A stretch of DNA of 64,000 nt from an uncultured Candidatus Binatia bacterium (GCA_964291295.2 OZ219754.1:2048001-2112000); one strand, 5' to 3'; shown: positions 34,755-45,114, counted from the stretch's first letter. Notes: generated from the letters alone by a model not told the origin. Program-made: numbers and translations.

Positions 34755-35408
34755 ATGGCACGGGAAGCGACCGCCAGGGCCCTGATCGACGACCGCGTGG
34801 AAACGCCGGCGCCCGCGTCCGTTCCTGGCGGAGGCCCGCCGCCCTCCCCCCCGGGCCCGGTGATCAGCAACGCGCGGCTGGGGTTGATGATGTTCATCGG
34901 CGCGGAAGTGATGTTCTTCGCCGGGTTGATCGGCGCGTTTCTGGTGTTGCGGCTCAGCAGCGAGGTCTGGCCGCCGCCCTCGCAGCCCCGATTGCCGGTA
35001 TGGATCACGGGGTTCAACACGCTGGTGCTGCTGGTGAGCGGCCTCGCCATGCACCGGGCGTCTTTGGCTGCCCGACTGCGGGATCCGGTGCGGCTGTCCG
35101 GCGGACTGCTCGCCACCGTTGTCCTGGGGACGCTCTTTCTGTGCATCCAGGGGTACGAGTGGGTGCGGCTGATCGGGTTCGGCCTGACCATGCGGAGCGG
35201 CCTGTACGGATCGACGTTCTACGCCCTCATCGGATTGCACGGGCTCCACGTTTTCGCGGCGCTGGTGTGGGTGGGCGTGGTCTGGATCCTGGCGCGGCAG
35301 GGGCGCTACACGACGGGCCCTGCGGTGGGTATCGAGATCTGCACCATGTACTGGACGTTCGTGGTGGCGTTGTGGCCCGTGCTCTACGGCCTCGTGTACC
35401 TGTACTGA
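34755..35408 (+). CDS. coxC: Heme-copper oxidase subunit III (copy A)
   Basis: FIGAEVMFFAGL, NTLVLLVS, QGYEW, GLHGLHV, YWTFV. Confidence 0.9.
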   Translation: MAREATARALIDDRVETPAPASVPGGGPPPSPPGPVISNARLGLMMFIGAEVMFFAGLIGAFLVLRLSSEVWPPPSQPRLPVWITGFNTLVLLVSGLAMHRASLAARLRDPVRLSGGLLATVVLGTLFLCIQGYEWVRLIGFGLTMRSGLYGSTFYALIGLHGLHVFAALVWVGVVWILARQGRYTTGPAVGIEICTMYWTFVVALWPVLYGLVYLY

Positions 35409-35409
35409 C

Positions 35410-35670
35410 ATGCGCCGGGTTTCGATGGACACGTCACGGCTCGCGCCGGTGGTTGCGCTGACGGCGGGACTCGCGCTGTGGACGCCGCAGGGACTCGCGG
35501 CGGAGGCCGAGCGGACCACCGACGCCTGGAGCTGGACCGTCCTGTTTCTGATGGCCATGCCCTACGCCACCCTGGCCGGCTGCCTGGGCTGGTTCGTCTA
35601 TCGTTATACGCGTTCGCAGAGGACGGGGAGGGCCGGCTCCATGTCGTCAAAAAAGGAGAATGCCAGATGA
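35410..35670 (+). CDS. Small membrane protein in the cox operon
   Basis: Signal-like N-terminus and a TM with LFLMAMPY. Tightly packed between the two subunit III genes (ATGA overlap). Confidence 0.65.
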   Translation: MRRVSMDTSRLAPVVALTAGLALWTPQGLAAEAERTTDAWSWTVLFLMAMPYATLAGCLGWFVYRYTRSQRTGRAGSMSSKKENAR

Positions 35671-36278
35671 GCGAAGCTGCGATGTTGCGCCGGGAGCCTG
35701 CGGAGTCTCCCCTGACCCCCGAAAGCTGGGGCAAGCTGGGAATGTGGATCTTTCTCTGCGGCGACGCCATGACTTTCGGGACCCTTATCGTGACCTTCGG
35801 CATCATGCGCATTGCCGCGGACAACTGGCCGGTGCCGTCGGAAGTGCTCGGCATCAACCTGACCGCCGCCATGACCTTTCTGCTCATCTGCAGCAGCGTG
35901 ACCATGGTGCTGGCCCTCTCCGGCATCAAGCGCGGCAACATGCGGGAGTTCAGAAAGTTCATGCTGCTCACGATCCTCGGAGGGGTGGCTTTCCTGGGGT
36001 GCCAGGTTTACGAATGGACCCATCTCATTCACGAGGGCGTGACCATCTCCGCCAACAAGTACGGCTCGCCGGTGTTCGGCGACACTTTCTACATCATGAC
36101 CGGCTTTCACGGCATGCACGTGTTCGGCGGGGTCGTGTACCTCGCGATTGTCCTGGTGGGAGGACTGACCGGCCGCATCACCCGGGACAACGCCTCCGTG
36201 GTTGAGATCGCCGGTCTTTACTGGCACTTTGTCGACCTCGTCTGGATTCTGATCTTTACTTTCGTCTACCTCCTGTAG
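35667..36278 (+). CDS. coxC: Heme-copper oxidase subunit III (copy B)
   Basis: KLGMWIFLCGD, TFLLICSSVTM, QVYEW, TGFHGMHV, YWHFVDLVW. Confidence 0.92.
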   Translation: MSEAAMLRREPAESPLTPESWGKLGMWIFLCGDAMTFGTLIVTFGIMRIAADNWPVPSEVLGINLTAAMTFLLICSSVTMVLALSGIKRGNMREFRKFMLLTILGGVAFLGCQVYEWTHLIHEGVTISANKYGSPVFGDTFYIMTGFHGMHVFGGVVYLAIVLVGGLTGRITRDNASVVEIAGLYWHFVDLVWILIFTFVYLL

Positions 36279-36288
36279 GAGAGCATCC

Positions 36289-36576
36289 ATGGCAGATACC
36301 GCAGTCCATAGCGAAACACACGCCGAGCCCAACTACCTCGCGGTATTCGGTTGGCTTTTCTTTCTCACGGTGGTGGAAGTGGGCATCATCTACGTGCCGG
36401 TGTCCAAGCTCATGATCGCTGCCGGGCTGGTGCTGCTGGCATCGGTCAAGGCCGCGCTGGTGGCCATCTACTTCATGCACCTGAAGTTCGAAAAGGTGGT
36501 GATCTGGTGGATCGCCGTGATCCCGGCCATTCTCTGCGTCTTCCTGATCTTCATGCTGATTCCGGAACTGGCCTGA
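36289..36576 (+). CDS. coxD: Cytochrome c oxidase subunit IV family
   Basis: LTVVEV, KAALVAIYFMHLKFE. Confidence 0.88.
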   Translation: MADTAVHSETHAEPNYLAVFGWLFFLTVVEVGIIYVPVSKLMIAAGLVLLASVKAALVAIYFMHLKFEKVVIWWIAVIPAILCVFLIFMLIPELA

Positions 36577-36724
36577 GTTCCGGTACGACGCCGAGGGCCG
36601 GAACGGGCCGGTTCGAAGCCGTGTCCCATCCGGCCCGCGCATCGTCCCGGGAACACCTCTTCGCCTGCCTTCCACCCTTGGCGGGGCTGGAGGCGGGCCG
36701 CCACGAACCACGGGGTCGATTCCG

Positions 36725-37138
36725 GTGACGTTCCTCCCTCACCTGAACGCGCTGCTCAACTCGGTCAGTGCGGTTCTGCTCCTCGCCGGCTACGGTTTCG
36801 TCCGGCGGCGCAATCTGAACGCGCACCGGCGATGCATGCTGGCTGCGCTGGGCAGCTCGAGCCTGTTCCTGATCTCTTACCTCGTCTATCACTTCAACGT
36901 GGGTTCCGTCCGCTTCCAGGGCCAGGGCTGGTTCCGGATGGTGTACTTCGCGGTGCTGGTGTCGCATACGGTGCTGGCCACGGTCATCGTGCCGCTGGTG
37001 GTGATCACCGTCGTCCGGGCACTGAGCGGGCGTTTCGAACAGCACCGCGCCATCGCGCGCTGGACCCTGCCGCTCTGGATCTACGTATCGGCCACCGGCG
37101 TTGCCGTGTACTGGATGCTGTACCGGATGGACTTCTAG
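36725..37138 (+). CDS. DUF420 family membrane protein
   Basis: LPHLNALLN, HRRCM, FLISYLVYH, HRAIARWTLPLWIYVSATG. Confidence 0.85.
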   Translation: MTFLPHLNALLNSVSAVLLLAGYGFVRRRNLNAHRRCMLAALGSSSLFLISYLVYHFNVGSVRFQGQGWFRMVYFAVLVSHTVLATVIVPLVVITVVRALSGRFEQHRAIARWTLPLWIYVSATGVAVYWMLYRMDF

Positions 37139-37159
37139 CCAAGGTCTTTTTCGGAGGAT

Positions 37160-37996
37160 CTATCGATCCCGTTGATCGACTCCGGCCATGCACCCCGTTT
37201 CCGGATCGAAGGCGGCAACGGCACGCACGGCGGGCGCGACGCCCGGCGCCGCGGCGATGACGGGGTTGCCGTGCCGCAAGCCGTCGTTGGCGAGGAAATC
37301 GTTGGTCCAGCCGCCCGCCTCGGTGACGAGGAGTATCCCGGCCAGGCAGTCCCATGCGTTGATGTGCGCTTCCAGATAGCCGATCAGCCGTCCCGCGCCG
37401 ACGTAGGCCAGCATCAAGGCGCCGGAACCATTGCGCTGGTAGATCCCGCCGGCATCCAGGAGTCGACGGATGCTGTCCACCGCGGTGGCCGCCGGGGTCC
37501 GGGCCGAATAGCCGATGCCGACGGTGCCCTGGGCGAGGCTCTTGGCCGTGTTGACCGAAATCGGCGTCTCGCCGCAGAAGGCGCCATGGCCCCGGCGCGC
37601 CGCGAAGAGTTCGTCCGCATTCGGATCGTAGACGACGCCGGCCTCGATTCGACACTGCCGCACATAGGCGATGGAAACGCACCACACCGGTACCCGGTTG
37701 ATGAAGTTGGTCGTACCGTCGATGGGATCGATGACCCAGATGCCGCCGCTGTCGCGCGGGTCGGGAGCGCCGCCGCTTTCTTCGCCCAGAAAGCCGTCGT
37801 CGGGAAAGAGCGCGTGAAGGCGCTTGCGGATGAGGGCCTCTACGGCGAGGTCCGCCTGGCTGACGAAGTCATGCCGACCCTTGGAGACCACCTCGAGGGC
37901 GCCCGGATCGCGAAAATACTCCAGCGCCGTCCGGCCCGCCTCGTAGGCGATCTCCCTTGCCGCCCGGAAACGGCGCACCTGCCCTTGATCATCCAT
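37160..37996 (-). CDS. Inositol monophosphatase family phosphatase
   Basis: GEES, WVIDPIDGTTNF, WDCLAG..LVTEAGG. Confidence 0.9.
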   Translation of the reverse strand: MDDQGQVRRFRAAREIAYEAGRTALEYFRDPGALEVVSKGRHDFVSQADLAVEALIRKRLHALFPDDGFLGEESGGAPDPRDSGGIWVIDPIDGTTNFINRVPVWCVSIAYVRQCRIEAGVVYDPNADELFAARRGHGAFCGETPISVNTAKSLAQGTVGIGYSARTPAATAVDSIRRLLDAGGIYQRNGSGALMLAYVGAGRLIGYLEAHINAWDCLAGILLVTEAGGWTNDFLANDGLRHGNPVIAAAPGVAPAVRAVAAFDPETGCMAGVDQRDR

Positions 37997-39098
37997 ATCC
38001 GCGGCCCCCGGCTCGCGCATCCGTCCGGATCCGGTTCTCGAGCAGCGTCACACCACGGTCGCGAAAGGCGATCCGAACACGGGAGCCCGGCGGAATCACC
38101 GCATCGAACCGGTAGTTCGCCACGAAGAGCCCGCCGAGCGGGGTGTCGAGGGTGTATTCGACATGGTTGCCGACGTAGGTGCTCTGCGTCACCGTTCCCG
38201 TGAGTCCCTCCTGCCCGCTCACTTCCAGGGTGATGGCCTCGGGGCGCACGGCGACTTTCACGGGCCCGGTGGGCAGACCCCGGTGCGGCAGACGCAGTTC
38301 GAGGCGGTCGCCCACGCGGACCGTTGCGTCGTCCCCGTCGCGGTCGATCAACTCGGCGTCGATGACGTTGGCATCGCCGATGAAGTCGGCCACGAAGAGG
38401 TCCCGGGGGGCCTCGTAGACCTCGCTCGGTACGCCTTCCTGGGCGATCTCCGCATTGCGCATCACGATGATGCGATCCGACACCGCCAGGGCTTCCTCCT
38501 GGTCGTGGGTGACGTAGACCGTGGTCAGGCCGAGGCTCTGCTTCAACTCGCGGATCTCCTCGCGAACCTGGCGCCGCAGCTTGGCGTCGAGGTTGGAGAG
38601 GGGTTCGTCGAACAACAGCACCGTGGGTTCCAGGACAAGGGCGCGGGCGACGGCGACGCGCTGTTGCTGGCCGCCGGAAAGTTCGCTCGGCAGGCGCGCG
38701 CCGTAGCCCGCAAGACCCACCAGCTTGAGCCCTTCCTCGGCCCGCTCCCGTGTCTCCGCCTTGGCAACGCCGCTCACCGAAAGGCCATAGGAGACGTTCT
38801 CGAACACCGTCATGTGCGGAAACAGAGCGTAGGACTGAAACACCATGGAGACATCCCGCGCGCTGGCCGGCAGGCGGGAAACGTCGTTGCCGCCGATGAA
38901 CACGCTGCCCGAGGTGGGCATTTCCAGCCCGGCGATGAGCCGGAGGGTCGTGGTCTTGCCGCAGCCGCTCGGTCCCAGCAAGGTCACCAGATCGCCGGCT
39001 TGAACCTCGAAGGAGATCCGGTCCACTGCGACGACCGTTCCATAGTGCTTGCTGACATTGTCGAACCGCACGGCGGCGGCCGGTTTCGGGCGGCTCAT
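37989..39098 (-). CDS. ABC ATP-binding protein (FbpC/AfuC-like)
   Basis: GPSGCGKTT, LSGGQQQR, LFDEPLSNLD, TOBE tail. Confidence 0.92.
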   Translation of the reverse strand: MSRPKPAAAVRFDNVSKHYGTVVAVDRISFEVQAGDLVTLLGPSGCGKTTTLRLIAGLEMPTSGSVFIGGNDVSRLPASARDVSMVFQSYALFPHMTVFENVSYGLSVSGVAKAETRERAEEGLKLVGLAGYGARLPSELSGGQQQRVAVARALVLEPTVLLFDEPLSNLDAKLRRQVREEIRELKQSLGLTTVYVTHDQEEALAVSDRIIVMRNAEIAQEGVPSEVYEAPRDLFVADFIGDANVIDAELIDRDGDDATVRVGDRLELRLPHRGLPTGPVKVAVRPEAITLEVSGQEGLTGTVTQSTYVGNHVEYTLDTPLGGLFVANYRFDAVIPPGSRVRIAFRDRGVTLLENRIRTDARAGGRGYG

Positions 39099-41305
39099 CC
39101 CACCGCGCCTCCCGCGCCGAAGGCTACGTTCATGGACGCCTCCCGGCGGCCGACGCGGCGCTCGCCCACCGCCAGTTGAATCAGCAGGATCACCACCACC
39201 ATGACCACGATCAGGACCGAGCTGTAGGCGATGGAGAGGCCATAGTCGCCGTTCTCCACCCGGCCGATGATGTAGGACGTGGCCATGTCGTAGTTGGCGC
39301 TGACCAGGAAGATCACCGCACTGATGGCCGTCATGGCGCGGACGAAGCTGAACACCAGGGCGGCCACCACCGCCGGCCGGAGCAACGGCAGGACCACCCT
39401 GCGGACGGTGGCGAAGGAGTTGGCGCCCAAGGTCAACGAGGCTTCGTCCAGACTCTTGTCGATCTGGGTCATGGCGGCGATGCCGGCGCGGACGCCCACC
39501 GGCATGTTGCGGAAGATGAAGCAGAGGATCAGTATGATGCCGGTGCCCGTGAGTTCGATGGGCGGTACGTTGAAGGCCAGGATGTACCCGACGCCAATGA
39601 CGGTGCCGGGTATCGCGAAGCTCAACAGGGTGCCGAACTCGAACGCCTTCTGGCCCGCGAACTTCTGCCGGATCAGCAGGTAGGCGGTGAGCAGACCCAC
39701 GGCCGCGGTCAGGGGTGCGGCAAGGACGGAGATGTAGAGGGTGGTCCAGAAGGAGTTCCAGGCCGCTCCGGACCAGACCAGACCGCCCGCTCCGGTGGTG
39801 ACGGAAAAGGCATCGATGTAGTGGCGCAGGGTGAGGCTGTGATCCCGTCCCCAGAGTTCGACGAAGCCGCCGAACAGGATCATGCAGTAGATCACCGCGG
39901 TCAGCCCGGCCCAGGGCAGGGCCGACCCGTAGACCAGCCAGATGACGCGCCGGGGCAGCGGGACATGCAGGCCGGCGTCGCCCTTGCCGGTGACGGTGGC
40001 GTAGGACTTGTGTCCCAGCCAGCGATGCTGTGCCCAGAACGCGGACAAGGTGAAGACCAGCAGAATGATGGCCAGGACCGCGGCCCGACCCTGGTCGTTC
40101 TGGGCCCCGACGATGGCGAAGAATATGGATGTCGACAACACATCGAAGTTGCCCCCCAGGACCAGTGGGTTGCCGAAATCCGCCAAGCTTTCGATGAAGC
40201 CCACCAGGAAGGCATTGGCCAGACCCGGGCGCATGAGCGGCAGCGAGACGGTGGTGAAGGTGCGCCAGTTGCTGGCGCGCAGGGTCTGCGAGGCCTCTTC
40301 CATCGACGGGCTGACCCCCTCGACCACGCCGACCAGGACCAGGAAAGCGATGGGCGTGAAGGCCAGCGTCTGGGCCAGCCAGATACCCGGCAGGCCATAG
40401 ATGTAGCGTCCCGGGGTGGTGCCGGTGATGGCCTCGATGGCTTGGGTGACCATACCCGAGGCGCCGAACAGGAGGATGAGGGCAAGGCCGATGACGAAAG
40501 GTGGCGTGATGATGGGCAGGACGCTCAGGAGACGCAGCAGGCGCTTGGCCCGGAAGCCGGTGCGGGTTGCCAGCAGCGCGAAGGCAAGGCCCAGGAGCGT
40601 GGTACTGGCCCCCACCACGATGGCCATCCACAGGGAGTTCCAGGCGACACCACAGTTGACGCGGGTGGTCAGGCAACCCAGCCCCCAGATGTCGCGGCTC
40701 AACAGTTTCTCGATGAAGAGATGGGGCACGAAGTTGTAGTCGTTGTCCTGAACCGCGCTGGCCAGGATGCGAACGACCGGAAAGAAGATGAATGCGGCAA
40801 CGAGGGCGATGACCAGGACGATGGAGCCGACGACGAAGCCGTCGCCGTTGATGGCCCCGCGCGCGGCGATTCCCTGCGCGAACAGGAACAGGAAGGAAGC
40901 CGATACCAGCAAGGCACCGTAGCCCATGCCGAACTGGCGGTCGCCGAGGGAACCGAAAAGCACCTCCAGGGATGCGTATTCCCAGCCGCCGATGCCGATG
41001 AGGAAACCCTGGCCCAGCAAACAGACCATGCCGAAACTGCCCGCCGCCAGCAGGACCATGGCGAAGACCGGGTCGGTGCGCCGGCGGCGTAGCACCAGCA
41101 GGGGCGCGGCCAGCGGCACCAGCAAAGGCGCCAGCCACCAGCGGCCCATCAGCGGCACCTGCAGCAAGGCCGGCGCCGTGCCGGCGCCGGCAGGGTACTC
41201 GGGAAGCCATGCGAAGAACCAGAATCCGTCTTCCACACCGTACCAGGGGAGGAGCGCGAAACCGCTCCACCCCACGGCGAGCCAGAACACGGCGGGCCGG
41301 TGCAT
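39095..41305 (-). CDS. ABC permease, duplicated domain (FbpB/AfuB-like)
   Basis: Two EAA motifs (EEASQTLRA, DEASLTLGA), 736 aa. Confidence 0.9.
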   Translation of the reverse strand: MHRPAVFWLAVGWSGFALLPWYGVEDGFWFFAWLPEYPAGAGTAPALLQVPLMGRWWLAPLLVPLAAPLLVLRRRRTDPVFAMVLLAAGSFGMVCLLGQGFLIGIGGWEYASLEVLFGSLGDRQFGMGYGALLVSASFLFLFAQGIAARGAINGDGFVVGSIVLVIALVAAFIFFPVVRILASAVQDNDYNFVPHLFIEKLLSRDIWGLGCLTTRVNCGVAWNSLWMAIVVGASTTLLGLAFALLATRTGFRAKRLLRLLSVLPIITPPFVIGLALILLFGASGMVTQAIEAITGTTPGRYIYGLPGIWLAQTLAFTPIAFLVLVGVVEGVSPSMEEASQTLRASNWRTFTTVSLPLMRPGLANAFLVGFIESLADFGNPLVLGGNFDVLSTSIFFAIVGAQNDQGRAAVLAIILLVFTLSAFWAQHRWLGHKSYATVTGKGDAGLHVPLPRRVIWLVYGSALPWAGLTAVIYCMILFGGFVELWGRDHSLTLRHYIDAFSVTTGAGGLVWSGAAWNSFWTTLYISVLAAPLTAAVGLLTAYLLIRQKFAGQKAFEFGTLLSFAIPGTVIGVGYILAFNVPPIELTGTGIILILCFIFRNMPVGVRAGIAAMTQIDKSLDEASLTLGANSFATVRRVVLPLLRPAVVAALVFSFVRAMTAISAVIFLVSANYDMATSYIIGRVENGDYGLSIAYSSVLIVVMVVVILLIQLAVGERRVGRREASMNVAFGAGGAVG

Positions 41306-41325
41306 CAGCCTTTCGGGTCAGGCGC

Positions 41326-42360
41326 TCAACGCGGCAGCGTGTAGACCGTGTCGTCCCACTTCTTCAGCAGCCGCCGCCGTTCGGCGGACGAACCGTACTT
41401 CTTGAAGTCGTAGTCGATCAGCTTGATCTGGCTAAGGTCGGGCGCCTGCGGTGGCGGCGAGGCCTTGCCGTTCGAAGGCACCTGATAGGCCCTGGCCATG
41501 GCCGCCATGGTCTGGATCTTCGGATCAAGGGCGAAGTCCACCCATTTCCTGGCGCTTTCGGGGTTGCGGCCGCCCTTGATGATGCTCACCGAGCCGATCT
41601 CGTAGCCGGTACCCTCGCACGGCGATACGATCTTGATGGGAAAGCCCTTGACCACCTGGGTCACCATGTCGTGCTGGAAGACGATACCGATGGTGGTCTC
41701 GCCCCGGGCCGCCGCCTTGATGGGGGCCGAGCCCGACTTGGTGTATTGGTTGATGTTCTTGTGCAGGCCCTTCATGAGGTCGAAGCCGCCGTCCTCGCCG
41801 AAGACCTGGACGATGGTGGCCAGCGTGGTGTAGGCGGTGCCGGAGGAGTTGGGATTGGCCATTTGAACGTGGCCCTTGTATGCGGGCCGGGTCAGGTCCT
41901 TCCAGCATTTCGGCGCCGGCAAATCGTGCTTCTGCAGCAGTTCGCTGTTGTAGCCGACGCCAAGGGCGCCGGCGTAGATGCCCACCGTGCGGTAGCCGGA
42001 CTGCTCGGCCTGACGCCGCGCCCAGTCCTGCAACTCGGGCAGCCGCGGTGACCGGTACTCTTGGGTCAGGCCTTCTTCGGCCGCCTGGAGGTGCGGGTCG
42101 CCGGTGCCGCCCCACCATACGTCGCCCTTCGGATTGCGCCTTTCGGCCTTGATCTGCGCGAACGTTTCGCCGGAACTCTTCCGCGTCATGGCGACCTTGA
42201 TGCCAGTGGCCTTCTCGAACTCCTTGACCATGAGCTGGCACCACTCGATCTGGGGGCTGCAATACAGGGTCAACTTGCCGGCGGCCATGGCCGTGCCGGC
42301 GGCGGACCCCACAAAGCCCGAAATGACCAACGCAATCACTGAAAGCCGAATAATTCTCAT
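41326..42360 (-). CDS. ABC substrate-binding protein (AfuA-like, possibly sugar-phosphate)
   Basis: Signal peptide, RKSSGET, WWGGTGDPH, NPNSSGTAYT, FQHD, GTGYEIG. Confidence 0.85.
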   Translation of the reverse strand: MRIIRLSVIALVISGFVGSAAGTAMAAGKLTLYCSPQIEWCQLMVKEFEKATGIKVAMTRKSSGETFAQIKAERRNPKGDVWWGGTGDPHLQAAEEGLTQEYRSPRLPELQDWARRQAEQSGYRTVGIYAGALGVGYNSELLQKHDLPAPKCWKDLTRPAYKGHVQMANPNSSGTAYTTLATIVQVFGEDGGFDLMKGLHKNINQYTKSGSAPIKAAARGETTIGIVFQHDMVTQVVKGFPIKIVSPCEGTGYEIGSVSIIKGGRNPESARKWVDFALDPKIQTMAAMARAYQVPSNGKASPPPQAPDLSQIKLIDYDFKKYGSSAERRRLLKKWDDTVYTLPR

Positions 42361-42672
42361 GGTGCTGTCCTCCCTGTTCCGTGGGGGCGCCACCTTCACG
42401 AGTGCCGCTCCCCGGCCATTCTTGCCGGTCTTGCCGGTATTCTCGAGTCACGACCATACTACATCTGATGCGCCGTTTGTAAACCAGTCGCATGGATGCA
42501 TTACGTGGACTCTCCATCATTCCGGGTCCTTCGGGAGCACCCGACACGCGCTTCCCGCCTTGGCCCGTCATCCATGTGCGGGGGACGGGGACAGGGCGCG
42601 GCCGAGTTGAATCCGTGTCCACGGGGCTGCTATAGGGCAGGCAACCGCTTGCCATCAAGGGAGTTCCACTTC

Positions 42673-43470
42673 ATGAAGACCGTCGGTATCGTGGGTTGTG
42701 GGGCCATCGGAAAAGGGCTGTTGCAGGCCATCGCTTCGGGCGCCGTCACCGCCGACGCTTGCGTCGCCAGCCGCACGGAAAGCTCGTGCCGGGAGTTCCT
42801 CGGGACCCTGGAGAAGGCGGTGCCGTTTCTTCCTCTGGACGATCTCGTCGCGCGCGCCGACATCGTGGTGGAAGCGGCCGGGGGCGCGGTGGTGCCGGAG
42901 CTGGCGCGGCGGGCGTTCGACGCCGGCAAGGACCTCATGGTCATCAGCGTGGGTGCGTTGCTGGACCACCCCGAGATCATCGAGCGGTCGCGGCAAACCG
43001 GTTGCCGGTTGCTGCTGCCTTCCGGCGCCATTGCGGCACTGGACGGCATCAAGTCGGCATGCGCCGGAGCGGTGGCCCACGTGACCATCACCACCCGGAA
43101 GCCGCCCCACGGCCTTGAAGGCGCTCCCTACCTGGTGCAGAACGCTATTTCCCTGGCCGGCATGACCGAGCCCCGGGAGCTCTTTTCAGGCACCGCGCGG
43201 GAAGCCTGCCGGGCCTTTCCAGCCAACGTCAATGTGTCGGCGGCGGTGAGCCTGGCCGGTCTCGGGCCGGACCGGACGCGGATACGGATACTGGCGGTGC
43301 CGGGACTTGAGCGGAACTGCCACGACGTCGAGGCGGAGGGGGAGTTCGGCCGCCTGACCCTGCACATCGAAAATGTTCCCACCGAGAACCCGCGCACCGG
43401 GCGTCTCACCGTGTTGTCCATGATCCGGTCGCTTCAGGATGCCCTGGATCCCGTCCGGGTGGGCACTTGA
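42673..43470 (+). CDS. nadX: L-aspartate dehydrogenase family protein
   Basis: GCGAIG, VVEAAG, SVGAL, PSGAIAALD, RKPP, FPANVNV, NCH, NPRT. Confidence 0.88.
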   Translation: MKTVGIVGCGAIGKGLLQAIASGAVTADACVASRTESSCREFLGTLEKAVPFLPLDDLVARADIVVEAAGGAVVPELARRAFDAGKDLMVISVGALLDHPEIIERSRQTGCRLLLPSGAIAALDGIKSACAGAVAHVTITTRKPPHGLEGAPYLVQNAISLAGMTEPRELFSGTAREACRAFPANVNVSAAVSLAGLGPDRTRIRILAVPGLERNCHDVEAEGEFGRLTLHIENVPTENPRTGRLTVLSMIRSLQDALDPVRVGT

Positions 43471-43518
43471 GCGGTCTTGCGGGCAGGGTTGAGGGCGGGG
43501 GGTTGACGCGGTAACGCC

Positions 43519-45114
43519 ATGACGAACGTCGAGACCATTGTCCGCACGCTGGAGCAGGCTGGAGTCCGCTGGGTCTTCGGCATCCCCAGCGGTCCGGTGC
43601 TGCCGCTCATCGAGGCTCTGGGCCGTAGCGCGGTGGAGTTCGTGCTGACCGCCAGCGAGACCTCCGCGGGCTTCATGGCTGCCACGGTGGGCGAGCTGAC
43701 CGGCACCCCGGGCATCTGCACCGCCACGGTGGGGCCGGGCGCCACCAATCTTGCCACCGGCGTGGGCTGCGCCTGGCTCGACGGCGCGCCCGTGCTGGCC
43801 ATCACCTGCAATGTTTCCAGCCCCTGGCTCCGGCGCCGGGTACAGATGCGCATCGACCACAACGCCCTTTTCCGGCCCCTCACCAAGGCCACCTTCGCCC
43901 TGGGCGCGGATGACGTTGCGGACAGGATGGCGGAGTCGTTGGCCCTGGCCGCGGCGGAGCCGCCGGGCCCTGTGCATCTCGACCTGCCCGAGGACGTGGG
44001 AGTGGCGCCGTCCCGGGGCGATGCGCCGGCGCCGGCGCCGGCACCGGCGCTGGCGGACGTTGCGGATGCGGCCCGGACGGTGCTCGGCGCGGCATTGCGC
44101 CGGAGCCGCCGGCCGCTGGTGATCACCGGACTGACCTTTGCGCGCTGCGCCGCCGCCGACTCGCTGCTGCGCTTTGTGGAAGGCCACCGTCTCCCCTTCG
44201 TTTCGACCATGCACGCCAAGGGTTGCCTCCCGGAGAGTCATCCCAACTGGGCCGGGGTCATCGGGCGCGCCCGGCGCACCGACGTGCAGCGCATCCTCGA
44301 CCGCGCCGACCTCATCGTCGCGGTGGGGTACGACCCCATCGAGATCAACTACGAGGAGTGGGCCGGGGAGACGCCGGTCTTCCATCTGAGTACGACCCCT
44401 GCCGAGACCGATCCCCGCGTCCGGTTCGTGTTCAACCGCGGCGGCGACCTCGATCAGGCGCTACGGTGCTGGGAGGAGGCGGCGCCGGTGGCCAACGACT
44501 GGACTCCGGAGGAGTGGGACGCGCACCGGAACCGCCTGGCGCGGAAGCTCCGGCCGGACGGGAGCGGGTTCGCCGCGCATCACGTGCTCGACGCCCTGCG
44601 CGCAGCCCTCCCCGCCGACGGCATCCTGGCCTGCGATGTGGGCGCCCACACCCACCAGATCGCAAGCCAATGGCAAACCGACCTGCCGCGCACCCTGCTG
44701 GCCACCAACGGCTGGTCATCCATGGGTTTCGGCATGCCTGCCGCCTATGCGGCCCGGATGGTCCATCCCCGCCGCGCGGTGGCGGGGGTGGTGGGGGATG
44801 GCTGTTTCCAGATGACCGCGGGGGAGCTGGCAGTGGCCCGGCGGCGCAATCTGGCCGTCCCCATCATCGTCCTCAATGACGGCTGGCTCGGTCTCATGAA
44901 GGTGAAGCAGGAGCGCCGGGAGTTCCCGCTCTCGGGTGTGGAATTGGGTTCCCGGCCCCTCTCGCCGCCGCACTACTTCGGTGTCCCGTGCCGGAGTGCC
45001 GAGAATCTCCAGCAGTTCGAAGCCGCCCTTCAGTGGGGTCTGAATCTCGGCGGCCCCAGTGTCATCGAAGCCTTCATCGACGTGGAGCCGTACTCCAGCA
45101 CGGTCTTCGACTGA
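43519..45114 (+). CDS. ThDP-dependent enzyme (acetolactate synthase-like)
   Basis: FGIPSG, catalytic E (SETSAGFMA), GPGATN, GDG...ND ThDP motif. Confidence 0.88.
   Translation: MTNVETIVRTLEQAGVRWVFGIPSGPVLPLIEALGRSAVEFVLTASETSAGFMAATVGELTGTPGICTATVGPGATNLATGVGCAWLDGAPVLAITCNVSSPWLRRRVQMRIDHNALFRPLTKATFALGADDVADRMAESLALAAAEPPGPVHLDLPEDVGVAPSRGDAPAPAPAPALADVADAARTVLGAALRRSRRPLVITGLTFARCAAADSLLRFVEGHRLPFVSTMHAKGCLPESHPNWAGVIGRARRTDVQRILDRADLIVAVGYDPIEINYEEWAGETPVFHLSTTPAETDPRVRFVFNRGGDLDQALRCWEEAAPVANDWTPEEWDAHRNRLARKLRPDGSGFAAHHVLDALRAALPADGILACDVGAHTHQIASQWQTDLPRTLLATNGWSSMGFGMPAAYAARMVHPRRAVAGVVGDGCFQMTAGELAVARRRNLAVPIIVLNDGWLGLMKVKQERREFPLSGVELGSRPLSPPHYFGVPCRSAENLQQFEAALQWGLNLGGPSVIEAFIDVEPYSSTVFD

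Noticed and set aside
37989-41270. 1093-aa ORF suggesting a giant ABC fusion
   Set aside because: Only the last 369 aa are the ATPase. The rest is an alternate frame over the permease.
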